The notes beneath the pieces are model-generated. The model made no database searches. It was given only the letters and a program-made list of their open reading frames with translations, and was not told where the DNA came from. Of a DNA stretch of 64,000 nt, positions 19,567 to 29,453 are shown in pieces. Position numbers and translations under genes: made by a program. The DNA is from Nitrospirota bacterium (GTDB lineage: Bacteria > Nitrospirota > Thermodesulfovibrionia > Thermodesulfovibrionales > Dissulfurispiraceae). The stretch covers positions 1,376,001-1,440,000 of the forward strand of contig CAWBMP010000004.1 in the NCBI GenBank assembly GCA_963790025.1, in the 5' to 3' direction. Numbering within the stretch: the stretch's first letter is position 1; each line of letters begins with the position of its first letter.

Positions 19567-20673
19567 ATGTTAATTGTTCAGAAACTTTATATTAAGGAAT
19601 TTTTGAAATCGCTTATCGTGGTGGGGCTCGGCATATCGCTCGTTTTCAGCATCATCGGTCTCGTAGACAAAATTGACGAGTTCATGCCGCATAAGCCTCC
19701 GCTAAAATTGCTCGTTGAGTATATTTTGCTGACGATCCCGAAATATTTTCATTACCTTATGGCAATGTCAACACTGCTTACCAGTTTGTTTATATTCTCC
19801 ATTGCGATAAAAAGAAAGGAAATCGTCATTATAAAGGCCGCTTCCGGCAGAATGAAGCGCATTCTTATGCCTTTTCTGGGCATCGGACTGGCGCTCACAA
19901 TGCTTGGATTTGCCCTTGAGGAAATAGTAATTCCGACCACGTCGAAACGGATCAGGTCAATAAGAAACCAGATAACGGAAAAAAAGAAAGAGGTGACCTT
20001 TAAGGACGGTACGCTCTACATGCGGGGGAAGGACGGCTCTATTGTGCGTATCGCATTATATCTGCCCGATCAGAATCTCTCTAAGGACGTCAGCATTTTT
20101 ATATTTGACGGTGGGGTCTTGAAAGAACGTATTGATGCGGCCACTGCAGAATGGTCCGGTTCAGCATGGAAACTCAAAAACGTTACGGAGTACGACATGT
20201 CGAACGGCAAGATATCCAGCCGGCCGGAAATGCCATACCCGAACATTGAATCCCCAAATATATTCAAGGAGGACCTGTGGGCAGTTGAAGAAATGAACAT
20301 GATTGAGCTGATAAAATACCAGCAAAGGCTTGCTGAGGCCGGATTCAAGAACATCAAGCTCATTGTCGATATAAGTTCAAGGCTGTCATACCCTCTTATT
20401 AACCTTTTCATGCTGCTTCTCGGCATATCGTTATCGGTAGGCGGTGAACACAAGGTGTTGCAGAAAATCCTCCATGCAAAATCCTCTTCTTCGCACAGCG
20501 GCGTTATTGCGGCGGGGCTTGGCCTGCTGATAAGCCTTGTTTACTGGCTGGGATACTCCGTATTTCTGTCCCTGGGCTACACCGGGGCAATATCCCCGGC
20601 TGCTGCACCGTGGGTTATGCCGCTGTTGTTTGCCGCAATTTCCCTTTATCTTTACTGGCAAATACCGGAATAA
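19567..20673 (+). CDS. lptG: LPS export permease LptG
   Basis: Second YjgP/YjgQ family gene, with EIVIIKAASG and AAPWVMPLLF. Confidence 0.82.
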   Translation: MLIVQKLYIKEFLKSLIVVGLGISLVFSIIGLVDKIDEFMPHKPPLKLLVEYILLTIPKYFHYLMAMSTLLTSLFIFSIAIKRKEIVIIKAASGRMKRILMPFLGIGLALTMLGFALEEIVIPTTSKRIRSIRNQITEKKKEVTFKDGTLYMRGKDGSIVRIALYLPDQNLSKDVSIFIFDGGVLKERIDAATAEWSGSAWKLKNVTEYDMSNGKISSRPEMPYPNIESPNIFKEDLWAVEEMNMIELIKYQQRLAEAGFKNIKLIVDISSRLSYPLINLFMLLLGISLSVGGEHKVLQKILHAKSSSSHSGVIAAGLGLLISLVYWLGYSVFLSLGYTGAISPAAAPWVMPLLFAAISLYLYWQIPE

Positions 20674-20683
20674 AAATAGCAAA

Positions 20684-20754
20684 CAGTAGGAAGCAGACAG
20701 TAAGCAGCAAAAGATAAAAGAAACTGAAAGATCTGCTTACTGCCTACTGCTTAC
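20684..20754. repeat. Inverted heptamer-repeat element between convergent lptG and deoC (possible bidirectional terminator)
   Basis: CAGTAGGAAGCAGACAGTAAGCAG ... CTGCTTACTGCCTACTGCTTAC. Confidence 0.5.
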
Positions 20755-21457
20755 TTTTTGCTTCTTTTATTATTGCCTCTCCAGCGCTTGTTCCAATCCG
20801 GGCGGCCCCTGCCCGGATAAAGCGCAGCGTCTGCGACAACGTTTTAATACCACCGGCCGCCTTGACTTCAGCCCTGTCTTTTACAATGCTTTTGATCAGT
20901 TTAACGTCTTTTGTCGTTGCGCCCTTTGCCCCAAACCCGGTCGATGTCTTTATAAAACGTGCCCCGCAACTCACCGCAATTTCCGTGACAGCATGCTTCT
21001 CTCTCTCGGTCAGATAGCATGTTTCGATAATGGCTTTGTGGACGACCTGCCTGGATGCGGACACTATTTCTGAAAGCTCTTCTCCTGCAAAATCGAAGTT
21101 CCCGGACTTGACCGCTCCTATATTTATTACAATATCAAGCTCCTGTGCACCGTATAGCACCGCTTGCATCGCCTCATAGACCTTAATGTTCTTCATGGTC
21201 ATTCCCAGAGGAAAACCTATTACAGTTGTTACTTTGATATCATATCCACTCAGAATAGCCTTGCAAAGCGGAACATAATAGGGGTGAACGCAAACCGAAT
21301 GAAAATTATTCCGCATCGCTCCTTTACAGAGTTTTATTATGTCGGCCTCTGTAGCATGCGGGGTCAAGAGCGTTTGATCAATGTATCGTGCCAACTCTTC
21401 CGGAGAAGGCCGTTTACTCCCATAATGAGGGACCTTCTCCTTTTTTTTCTCTGACAT
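20744..21457 (-). CDS. deoC: Deoxyribose-phosphate aldolase
   Basis: IDQTLL, VIGFPLG, FIKTSTGF, VKAAGGI and RIGTS motifs. Confidence 0.95.
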   Translation of the reverse strand: MSEKKKEKVPHYGSKRPSPEELARYIDQTLLTPHATEADIIKLCKGAMRNNFHSVCVHPYYVPLCKAILSGYDIKVTTVIGFPLGMTMKNIKVYEAMQAVLYGAQELDIVINIGAVKSGNFDFAGEELSEIVSASRQVVHKAIIETCYLTEREKHAVTEIAVSCGARFIKTSTGFGAKGATTKDVKLIKSIVKDRAEVKAAGGIKTLSQTLRFIRAGAARIGTSAGEAIIKEAKSKQ

Positions 21458-22298
21458 ATCCTTTCACCTCTTGCCTGTATTTTGCCTGGAGGAGAGCGGA
21501 GGTCTCCCCTATGTTGAAGTGCGCTTCGTCAACCCTGCTCACCGGCATAATCTCCATAGTCGAATTAGTTATGAACACTTCTGAGGCCTTGTACAGGTCT
21601 TCAGGTCTGAATTCGCCTTCGCTTATGCGAATAGCATTTTTCACAGCCAGATCAATCACCAGGTCCCGCGTAATGCCGTCAAGGATACCGCACTTGATTG
21701 AGGGGGTGCATAGCACCTGGTCTATTACAAAAAAAATATTGCTCACCGTACCTTCTGCAAGATACCCCGAGGCATTGAGCATGATCGCTTCGTTTGCATC
21801 TGCCTTCTTAGCCTCAATTTTTGCAAGTATGTTATTGAGAAAGTTAAGTGATTTTATCTGCGGATTAAGCGCTTCTTTCAGGTTTCGTCTGACTTTGGCG
21901 ATATTCAGTCGAATCCCTCCTTCATAATACGATCGGGGATAGGGTTTGAACTTCTCGGCAATTATTATATATGTAGGCTCTTTGCAGAGGTCAGGGTCAA
22001 GGCCGATATCACCGTACCCCCTAGAGACTGTCAACCGGACATATGCATCGCTTAAACCGTTTGCCAGGAGTGTGTCATAAACAGTACCTTTGATATCTGC
22101 ATCACTTTTAGGAATATCAAGCCCTATAAGCGAGGCGGAGCGGCGTAACCGTTTCAGATGCTCATCGATCAAGAAAACCACGCCATCATAGACGCGCACC
22201 GTTTCATATATGCCATCACCATATAAAAAGCCGTGGTCAAATACTGAAACCTTTGCCTCTGCCGCAGGGACGATCTTGTCATTCAGATAAACAAACAT
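21414..22298 (-). CDS. ilvE: PLP-dependent aminotransferase class IV (branched-chain type)
   Basis: DHGFLYGDGIYET, IKSLNFLNNI, AEGTVSNIF and ILDGITR motifs. Confidence 0.85.
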   Translation of the reverse strand: MFVYLNDKIVPAAEAKVSVFDHGFLYGDGIYETVRVYDGVVFLIDEHLKRLRRSASLIGLDIPKSDADIKGTVYDTLLANGLSDAYVRLTVSRGYGDIGLDPDLCKEPTYIIIAEKFKPYPRSYYEGGIRLNIAKVRRNLKEALNPQIKSLNFLNNILAKIEAKKADANEAIMLNASGYLAEGTVSNIFFVIDQVLCTPSIKCGILDGITRDLVIDLAVKNAIRISEGEFRPEDLYKASEVFITNSTMEIMPVSRVDEAHFNIGETSALLQAKYRQEVKGYVREKKGEGPSLWE

Positions 22299-22312
22299 TA
22301 AACCCTCGTTTT

Positions 22313-22657
22313 TTAAAATGCTTCCATTATATGTTTTATCTCATCTTTTCCATTTCTGGAAATAATACTTACTACGTCAAACCTGACCGGTCTTTCCGAC
22401 TTGTGGACCTTGAGATAATAGAGCGCTATTTTTTTCAGCTTGCCCTGCTTCCGGAAGTCCACTGCTTCAAAAGGCTCTCCAAAGGCATTACCTGTCCTTG
22501 CCTTTACCTCTACAAATATAAGAATATCGTTATCACAGATAATTATGTCGGCCTCGCCCAGCGGTGTCCTGTAATTGCGGTGCAGGATCTTATAGCCCTT
22601 TCCTTTAAGAAAGTTCGCAGCAATATCCTCGCCCTTTTGCCCAAAACGTTTAAGCAT
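22313..22657 (-). CDS. yraN: YraN/UPF0102 family protein
   Basis: GEDIAANFL, GEADII, FVEVKAR and RFDVVSI motifs. Confidence 0.9.
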   Translation of the reverse strand: MLKRFGQKGEDIAANFLKGKGYKILHRNYRTPLGEADIIICDNDILIFVEVKARTGNAFGEPFEAVDFRKQGKLKKIALYYLKVHKSERPVRFDVVSIISRNGKDEIKHIMEAF

Positions 22658-23130
22658 TATATATCACCCAGGAAGCCTTCTGCCTCCTCAGTCTCCCCCA
22701 CAGTAACTTCTGTCCCGGCCAGCCGTTGGAGAAGCAGGGGGACTCCCTCTATGTCCTTTATGTCCTTCTGACAAAGCACTTTTATTATCTCCCTGAAAGG
22801 TGAGAATTCCTCCCATAGGCCCCCCAGATGGGACGACACCGATTTGTAGAGATGCTCTCCTTTGTTGTCCCAGTCCATAAGAAGGATAACACGGTGATAA
22901 TGGTCCGCCATATCCTCACAGAATTCGTATATGCCCCTGCCTCCATGGAGAGTGATGACTTCACCCACCATGCCTATTTTCCTCAGCGCCGAGACATCCT
23001 TTCTGCCCTCGACAATAATGGGTATCCTTTTATTGACTTCGTATAGGGCCTGAAAAACCACTCTGAGCCTTTCAGCCCTTTCCAGATCAGCCTGACCGGT
23101 CAAGGTGCGTTCACCGTTTTTTATTCCCAT
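22657..23130 (-). CDS. Stand-alone small Toprim-domain protein
   Basis: IIVEGRKD and LLMDWDNKGE Toprim motifs; KDIEG near the C-terminus. Confidence 0.8.
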   Translation of the reverse strand: MGIKNGERTLTGQADLERAERLRVVFQALYEVNKRIPIIVEGRKDVSALRKIGMVGEVITLHGGRGIYEFCEDMADHYHRVILLMDWDNKGEHLYKSVSSHLGGLWEEFSPFREIIKVLCQKDIKDIEGVPLLLQRLAGTEVTVGETEEAEGFLGDI

Positions 23131-23492
23131 ACAATCACCTTTGCGCTCCAGATTGCGCCTATGTCCCCGAAAATGAACCACCCGCCTGTAGGCATTGCCA
23201 CACCTTTCGGCAAGCCCTGAACAAGATCGAACAATGCGTCTCCACCCATCTCCCTGGCTTCGGCCTGCAAATGGTCGACTGCGTCCTGAAAGTGGTGAAA
23301 CGGCCCGGTGCTGGCGATTGCAACGCCTATGATCCTGTAAGGACGCTGGACACCTGCTGAAGAAAAGATTTCTTCATTATACGCCGCCGGCTTAGGGGAC
23401 CTTTCCGATTTATCGTAAAGGATATTTCTTGTTGTGGCACACCCACATAAGAGTAGTGCAGATAAAAGAATTAGAAAAGCCGACCTGCTCAT
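23121..23492 (-). CDS. Putative lipoprotein (YbjQ-like fold)
   Basis: Lipobox LLCGC; RPYRIIG...AREMGGDAL. Confidence 0.6.
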   Translation of the reverse strand: MSRSAFLILLSALLLCGCATTRNILYDKSERSPKPAAYNEEIFSSAGVQRPYRIIGVAIASTGPFHHFQDAVDHLQAEAREMGGDALFDLVQGLPKGVAMPTGGWFIFGDIGAIWSAKVIVWE

Positions 23493-23506
23493 TTATCCGT
23501 TCTGGA

Positions 23507-24760
23507 TCAGGAGATAAGGTATCCGAACCTGCCGACAAACTCGGCTGGACTCATATTCGCAGTGCTTGCTAGGCGCTCCAGGCGCTTTCCTTCGAAATCC
23601 TCGGGGGTTAATCGTATCATATACTTCAGTCCCACCTCATACGTTTCAGATGTAATATCCACCTTCCTGACCTTTACCCTGCCTGTCGGATAGTCCACAA
23701 GATCGGCAAAAGGAATTGCCCTAAGATGCCCCTCACTATGTACTATCATTGCACCCGTTCCTCCCTTAAGGAGATACCGGATAGCGCCGTATCCAAGGTC
23801 TCTTGTATATTCGAGATCAAAAGGTATAGGACCGGCAGCCCGCAATTCATACCCGATGTTCTTGTCCACTATAGTGACGCGTATGCCCAGATCATCAAGG
23901 GTGTTCACGACAAAATTTTTCAGCACCCGCCCAAGCTGAATTTCGGAAAGCCTGGTCCTGCCGGTTTCATCTTTTTCCATCTGCTCATAACTGGTGAGTT
24001 CCTCATAGTCGAATTTCTCCGAAATGCCTTCGGCAAGGATGGCAACACCGTGGTCTATGCCATAGGCGAGTCTTTTTATTATAGAGCCTGCAAGCACATC
24101 GGTGACCTTCTTGAAGGACAGTTTTTCCTCCCTGAATTCTTCTGCAATGAGTGTTATTGTTGCGCCGGCAGCCTTTCCGATCCCGAGCGCAAGATGCCCG
24201 GCATGCCTGCCCATGGTGGTGATGAAATACCACCTGCCCGTGGTCTTTGCATCTTCCATTATATTTGAGACAATTTCTACTCCATAGTGCCGCGCAGTCT
24301 GATAGCCGAAAGTAGAAAGCCCCCCCGGCAGGGGGATATCGTTATCAATAGTTTTTGGCACATGAACAACTTGCATGGAACCCCTCGATTCCCGCTCAAT
24401 CCAGTTGGTCATAAAAAGTGTGCCCTCACCGCCGATACCAATAAGATACTTGATGCCAAGCTGTTTGAATGTTGACATCAATACCTTGAATTTCTCCTTA
24501 ACTTTATCAGGAAAGTCCCTGGAAGTCCTTAAAATAGAGCCGCCCTGCGTATGTATCCTGGAGACGTCATTGATAGTGAGTGGCACAGCGCAGTCGGTAT
24601 TGCCATCAAAAAGGGGTTTGAAGCCGCCCTTTATCCCGATGACCGTTTTGCCTTGATTAACAGCCTCGATAGTGGCCGAACTGATGACGGCGTTGATGCC
24701 GGGGGCCGGGCCTCCGCCTACAATGATTCCGACTATTTCGTGGCTTTTTTTATGTGTCAT
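23507..24760 (-). CDS. pfp: Phosphofructokinase, PfkA family (short PPi-PFK-like clade)
   Basis: GGGPAPGINAVI, GGEGT, PKTIDND, MGRHAGHLA and GYELR motifs. Confidence 0.8.
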   Translation of the reverse strand: MTHKKSHEIVGIIVGGGPAPGINAVISSATIEAVNQGKTVIGIKGGFKPLFDGNTDCAVPLTINDVSRIHTQGGSILRTSRDFPDKVKEKFKVLMSTFKQLGIKYLIGIGGEGTLFMTNWIERESRGSMQVVHVPKTIDNDIPLPGGLSTFGYQTARHYGVEIVSNIMEDAKTTGRWYFITTMGRHAGHLALGIGKAAGATITLIAEEFREEKLSFKKVTDVLAGSIIKRLAYGIDHGVAILAEGISEKFDYEELTSYEQMEKDETGRTRLSEIQLGRVLKNFVVNTLDDLGIRVTIVDKNIGYELRAAGPIPFDLEYTRDLGYGAIRYLLKGGTGAMIVHSEGHLRAIPFADLVDYPTGRVKVRKVDITSETYEVGLKYMIRLTPEDFEGKRLERLASTANMSPAEFVGRFGYLIS

Positions 24761-24761
24761 A

Positions 24762-25979
24762 TTAAATATGCCTTCTAACAGGCGGTTTTTTCAAAAAGAG
24801 GTCGAAAGTATATTTTTCAGGTTTCCGTCCGAAACAGGTACCCAGGCTCTCAAAAAGGGCGATTTCACATATATCAACCTCTTTCCGTTTTATGGCCTCA
24901 GGAGTCGGCATATAGCGGATCTCTTTACCTTCAACATCGACAATGGTGTTGCCTGTCTTTCCCTCCAGCAACAGAAGCACTGCTCCGGCGCCCGCCTTGT
25001 AACCGAAATTCACATCATAGGCGGAAGACCCTCCGGCACGCACGATATGACCGAGCATGACTTCCCGCACCTCGGGAAATTCATAAACCCCCGGAGCATA
25101 CATTCCTGTCTTTATCATAAACTCCTTCATCCCGGGATCGACCTTCAGGCGTTTCTCAAGCTGCTGCCTCACATATTTCCCCGCACCCGCAAGCTTCCTG
25201 TGTCCGAAAGCGTCCATTCCTGCCGATTCGTCATAAAGTATTTCACCACTGGCATTCTTCATGCCCTCGGAAATCACCATTATATAAGTTCCCGACTTCA
25301 CATCACTGCGCAACACTCTGTTGCAATAGGTGGCCTTCATATGGTCGTAAACGACATCAAAGTCCACGGGTATTTCAGGTATCAATATACAGTCGGCCTC
25401 GGCGCCGATCCCACCGTGCAGGGCGGTGTGTCCTACATATCTGCCGAATACTTCGATTGCCAGAATACGGTTATGGCTGAGGCCGGTAGTCTTCAGTTCC
25501 CGTGTGAATTGGGCGATTCTGTTGATAGACGAATCGCCGCCCACACTGTAAGGCTGAAGGTCCAGGTCCATAGTCTTGGGTACATGAATGCAGGGTATGC
25601 CCTGGGAACTGAGGTCAACAACAACGCTTCCTGTGTCATCGCCCCCGCTTATTATCAGGGCATCTATACCGAATTTTTTGAGTCCCTCTTTAATCCGCTC
25701 ATATTTATTGGGGTCTGCAATTTTACTGATCTTCACCCTGGAATGGCCAGCCTCGCTCCCTGCAAGAGAGGCCTCGATACGGCTGACCCTCTCCGCGTTA
25801 AGCAAAACCACAGATTCGAGTCCTACAAGGTTGTAGAGCCCTGCGTAGCCGTTGGGAATGACAACAGACTCGATACCCAGATGATACGCCTCACGCGCCA
25901 CTCCTTTAATGACCGCATTCAGACCGCCGCAATCACCGCCGCTTGTAATGATACCTATCCTTTTAATATCAGACATCAA
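24762..25979 (-). CDS. pfkA: Phosphofructokinase, PfkA family
   Basis: TSGGDCGGLNAVI, GGDDT, PKTMDLD, LIPE and LGHIVRAG motifs. Confidence 0.8.
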   Translation of the reverse strand: MMSDIKRIGIITSGGDCGGLNAVIKGVAREAYHLGIESVVIPNGYAGLYNLVGLESVVLLNAERVSRIEASLAGSEAGHSRVKISKIADPNKYERIKEGLKKFGIDALIISGGDDTGSVVVDLSSQGIPCIHVPKTMDLDLQPYSVGGDSSINRIAQFTRELKTTGLSHNRILAIEVFGRYVGHTALHGGIGAEADCILIPEIPVDFDVVYDHMKATYCNRVLRSDVKSGTYIMVISEGMKNASGEILYDESAGMDAFGHRKLAGAGKYVRQQLEKRLKVDPGMKEFMIKTGMYAPGVYEFPEVREVMLGHIVRAGGSSAYDVNFGYKAGAGAVLLLLEGKTGNTIVDVEGKEIRYMPTPEAIKRKEVDICEIALFESLGTCFGRKPEKYTFDLFLKKPPVRRHI

Positions 25980-26060
25980 ACCTTCCTCCCCTGTAGAAAT
26001 GTTGCCGGGAACTCAAAGAGCCTCCGAGCAGCGCATTGAGCGCCCCGCAGCATTCAAAAT

Positions 26061-27380
26061 TTAACATTTGTTTTTCAAGGAATCTTTATTTTCCATCAGA
26101 GCCTGAACAGGTTTGAGTCCGTAAGGGCTCCCCTGTTCTATCGCAGTGAGGACCGTACCCCCGCCGGTAAAAAAGTAGTATTGCGTGTTATCCAGCACCG
26201 AAAGATAAAGGCCGGGACACAAACTCTTAAATTCCTGCAGGGTGTCTCCGCCTCCGTACATTTTAATAGCGGCCCTGTTATGGTCGATCGTGCTGTCCAG
26301 CGCTGCCGAGCCCTCGGTAAAATGCGGTGTATATCCCATTACCGCATTGACAAAAATAGTCCTTGCATTGAGGATGCTTCCGACAACTGCCTCGTCCTCA
26401 AAGGAGCGCGCATCGATGTCCAGAATATATTTGTATTGTTTACCCTGGCTGAAATCCTTTATAGAAAGCGGCCTGTATTTACCCTCAACTTTCCCTTCAA
26501 GTGTATCTGATTCAACGAGGTAGGGCAGCTCGACAATCTTATGGTTGGCCCGGTCTTTTTCAACGAGGTCTTTTGCTGTCGTCACATCTTTATCCGACAC
26601 GCCTTCGATCCTTATTCCGTATTTGGCACAAAGGAAGGCATTATAAATCACTCCCCCGAGAATCAGCTTGTCAACTTTATCATAGATGGCGTAAAGCGGC
26701 CCGATTTTCGTATCATACTTCGCACCCGCAACTACAGCGATAAAAGGGCGTTCGGGATTAATCACCGAATTCAAATTGGATATTTCCTGCTGCATCAGAA
26801 ATCCGGCATAGGACGGAAGGTACTTTGTCACATCGTAGGTTGAGGCGTGGGGCTGCCAGGAGCCGAAGGCGTCGTTAATAAAAATGTCTGCAAGGCCCGC
26901 AAGCTGGAGGGCCAGGTTCTGCCGTTCCTGCCCCTTTGATTCCTCACCCTGAAACCATCGCGCATTGGGAAGATATATCCCGCCGACCTTTCTTTCACGC
27001 AGGCTGCGGATGGCCAGATTTATAGAAGTATCTATCCCGGTTATCCCCAGTTTGGGGTCAATATTAAACCTCGGAATATGGAAGGTAGTATGCAACTTGT
27101 GTTCAAGATATTCGGCAATAGGTTCAACCGAGTCGCTCGGCCTGCAGGTGATTTCCTCAGTCTTCTTATCTTTCGGCCTTCCTATATGGGTCATAAGTAT
27201 CGGCCTGCCCCCGCGCTCCACAATGTTGTAAAGCGTTCCGAAGGTCCTGTCTATCCTGTAAGGATCTTTGATCTCGCCGCCCTTTACTACATTATGGTCA
27301 AATCTGACAAGAACAGTTTTGCCGGCAAGGTCTGCCTCCTGAATTAACGGCAGTCGGGGATCCATTTCCAGTTTGTCCAT
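26061..27380 (-). CDS. pgk: Phosphoglycerate kinase (divergent)
   Basis: VLVRFDHNV, HIGRPK, INDAFG, GGGDT and FTGGG motifs. Confidence 0.88.
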   Translation of the reverse strand: MDKLEMDPRLPLIQEADLAGKTVLVRFDHNVVKGGEIKDPYRIDRTFGTLYNIVERGGRPILMTHIGRPKDKKTEEITCRPSDSVEPIAEYLEHKLHTTFHIPRFNIDPKLGITGIDTSINLAIRSLRERKVGGIYLPNARWFQGEESKGQERQNLALQLAGLADIFINDAFGSWQPHASTYDVTKYLPSYAGFLMQQEISNLNSVINPERPFIAVVAGAKYDTKIGPLYAIYDKVDKLILGGVIYNAFLCAKYGIRIEGVSDKDVTTAKDLVEKDRANHKIVELPYLVESDTLEGKVEGKYRPLSIKDFSQGKQYKYILDIDARSFEDEAVVGSILNARTIFVNAVMGYTPHFTEGSAALDSTIDHNRAAIKMYGGGDTLQEFKSLCPGLYLSVLDNTQYYFFTGGGTVLTAIEQGSPYGLKPVQALMENKDSLKNKC

Positions 27381-27392
27381 ACTATACCCTCC

Positions 27393-28754
27393 CTATAGTC
27401 CCAATAAATCCATATTGATTTCTTTTTTGACCACTACAGGCGTCACGGTCCTAGTCAGGATATCCTGTGTACCGGGAATCCTGAGCTTCTCAAACAACAA
27501 TCCGAACTTGTCCTCCAATTCCTTCATTATAGGGTCTTTTACGTCAGACGGCAAATCCCACCATTGCTTTTTTATAGGGCCAAATCCCTTCTTCCGCGTA
27601 CTATAGATAAACTGCTCCTCGGTCTGGCCTTCCTTTCTTTCTTTTGCGAATTCCTTGGATATCAAGTCATAGGCATCTTTTCTGAACTCACCGGGAAGAC
27701 GGGGACTGTCATACACAATATTCTGGAAGCCGGTGGCGAGATGCACCTCTGAAGTAGTGGTCTCGGGGAACATATGGAATGCCTCTTCCGGGAGCGTAGA
27801 GGCGCCATGCTGCACGCACCCTGAAAGACCGTAGTCTTTACGCGCCAGTCCCGACAGTATCTTCAAAGTTTCGAAGTCTATTTTCACCGTTGCCAGTGTG
27901 CCGTCCGGCAGCACTACACCGCCGTGGGTCGTGCCTGTCTGGACACTGAGTTTGCTCAGCCCTTTGCCGCCCTTAAAGCTATCCATGAACCCGTCGAGAT
28001 ATGCCTTTAATTCCTCAGGGGTGCTGTTCTTGGTGCCTATTTCCCCAATTTCTCCGCCGATCGAAATATCAATCCCCGCAGGCTGCAATTGTCTTATGTA
28101 CTCCGCCAACTCAGCTGTCCGCTCGAAGTTGGGTCGCTGCTGTTCTTTTACCGTAGGCTTTGAAAGATCAACAAGTGTTGAAGTATCAATATCTATATTG
28201 TAGAATTCCGCATCGATCGCCTCGGCGATCAGGCCTTTTACATAGTTTGTCTCAAGAGCGGGGTCGCTAAGGTAGTTTTTTCTAACCAGCTGAAAATGGT
28301 CCCCCTGGATAAAAACAGGGCCCTCATGCCCTTCACTGACAGCTGCCGCCAGAACAACCGCCGAATATTCAAGAGGCCGCTGCATTGTATAGCCGATTTC
28401 TGACCTCGCGATCTCGAAGATCATGGGACCGGCTTTCAGTTCGTGTGCCTTTCTGAAAGCTGCCCTGGCAGTATCGTAAGTAAGTCCCCTTATATTCATG
28501 GCAGGGACGGTAAACCCAGGATAGCTTCTCCCCATTTCTTCATATAGGCCCTGGATGGAGGCGGGAACAGCGCCGTATGCCTTCGCGATCTCTTTGACGA
28601 GGAGAAAGATCGCTTTTTTCTTATCAGCATCCTGCTCAAAAACGGCAGCGTAAATCAGACCGTCCATCATAGAGCGGACAGCGCCTTTATCTTTTACCCT
28701 AACAGAGCCATTCTTAATGTCTATAGCGTCCATCATGCCTCGAACAGCCATCAT
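27393..28754 (-). CDS. fba: Class II fructose-bisphosphate aldolase
   Basis: FIQGDH, GEIGEIG, GTTHGG and VQHGASTLP motifs; AGGAGG before ATG 28754. Confidence 0.85.
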   Translation of the reverse strand: MMAVRGMMDAIDIKNGSVRVKDKGAVRSMMDGLIYAAVFEQDADKKKAIFLLVKEIAKAYGAVPASIQGLYEEMGRSYPGFTVPAMNIRGLTYDTARAAFRKAHELKAGPMIFEIARSEIGYTMQRPLEYSAVVLAAAVSEGHEGPVFIQGDHFQLVRKNYLSDPALETNYVKGLIAEAIDAEFYNIDIDTSTLVDLSKPTVKEQQRPNFERTAELAEYIRQLQPAGIDISIGGEIGEIGTKNSTPEELKAYLDGFMDSFKGGKGLSKLSVQTGTTHGGVVLPDGTLATVKIDFETLKILSGLARKDYGLSGCVQHGASTLPEEAFHMFPETTTSEVHLATGFQNIVYDSPRLPGEFRKDAYDLISKEFAKERKEGQTEEQFIYSTRKKGFGPIKKQWWDLPSDVKDPIMKELEDKFGLLFEKLRIPGTQDILTRTVTPVVVKKEINMDLLGL

Positions 28755-28865
28755 ATACCTCCTGCCGAAAAGTTTGCCCATATTATAGCAGATAATCATT
28801 TATCTTAAAATGACGGTTGTGTTAAAATAAACGCGGTAAAATATTGAACATGGAGTAATGTTTTT

Positions 28866-29417
28866 TTGAAGACCAATCTATGTCATTCTCTCAGCGCTGC
28901 GGCGAGAAGGAGGTCGTCCATCTTCCTCAAGCTTTTGCCGCTTTTTTTACCCTGCTGCATCGTCTTTTATTATGGTGTCGCCTTATCTTCGTTCGTTCAG
29001 GCCGACAAGGTAGTGGTCATTAAAAGCAAACGTATCTTAATGCTCCTTCAGAACGGTTCCGTCGTAAAAAAATATAAAGTTTGTCTTGGCAGGCATCCCG
29101 TGGGACAAAAAACCAGAGCAGGTGACAACAGAACTCCCGAGGGGACATATACACTCGACAGAAGGAACCCCAAAAGTAAATTTCACAGGTCCCTCCATGT
29201 GTCTTATCCAAGCCAGTCAGACAGTTTGAATGCAAGACAACTTGGAGTCTCTCCGGGCAAAGATATAATGATTCACGGGTTTCCGGACGGCTTCTCGATG
29301 GATGACCTCGGCGCGCACCCGGATTGGACAAAGGGATGCATTGCAGTCGCAAATGCCGCTATTGAAGAAATCTGGCAGTTAGTTCCCAACGGAACCCCCA
29401 TCGAAATTCTACCTTAG
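28866..29417 (+). CDS. L,D-transpeptidase (YkuD family)
   Basis: GDNRTPEG, IMIHG and WTKGCIAV motifs. Confidence 0.9.
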   Translation: MKTNLCHSLSAAARRRSSIFLKLLPLFLPCCIVFYYGVALSSFVQADKVVVIKSKRILMLLQNGSVVKKYKVCLGRHPVGQKTRAGDNRTPEGTYTLDRRNPKSKFHRSLHVSYPSQSDSLNARQLGVSPGKDIMIHGFPDGFSMDDLGAHPDWTKGCIAVANAAIEEIWQLVPNGTPIEILP

Positions 29418-29453
29418 TTTGACAATCCAACTGGTAAAGCTGAATAATTAAGT

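Noticed and set aside
24672..26039. 455-aa plus-strand ORF
   Set aside because: Antisense to the pfkA-like gene, no recognisable motifs
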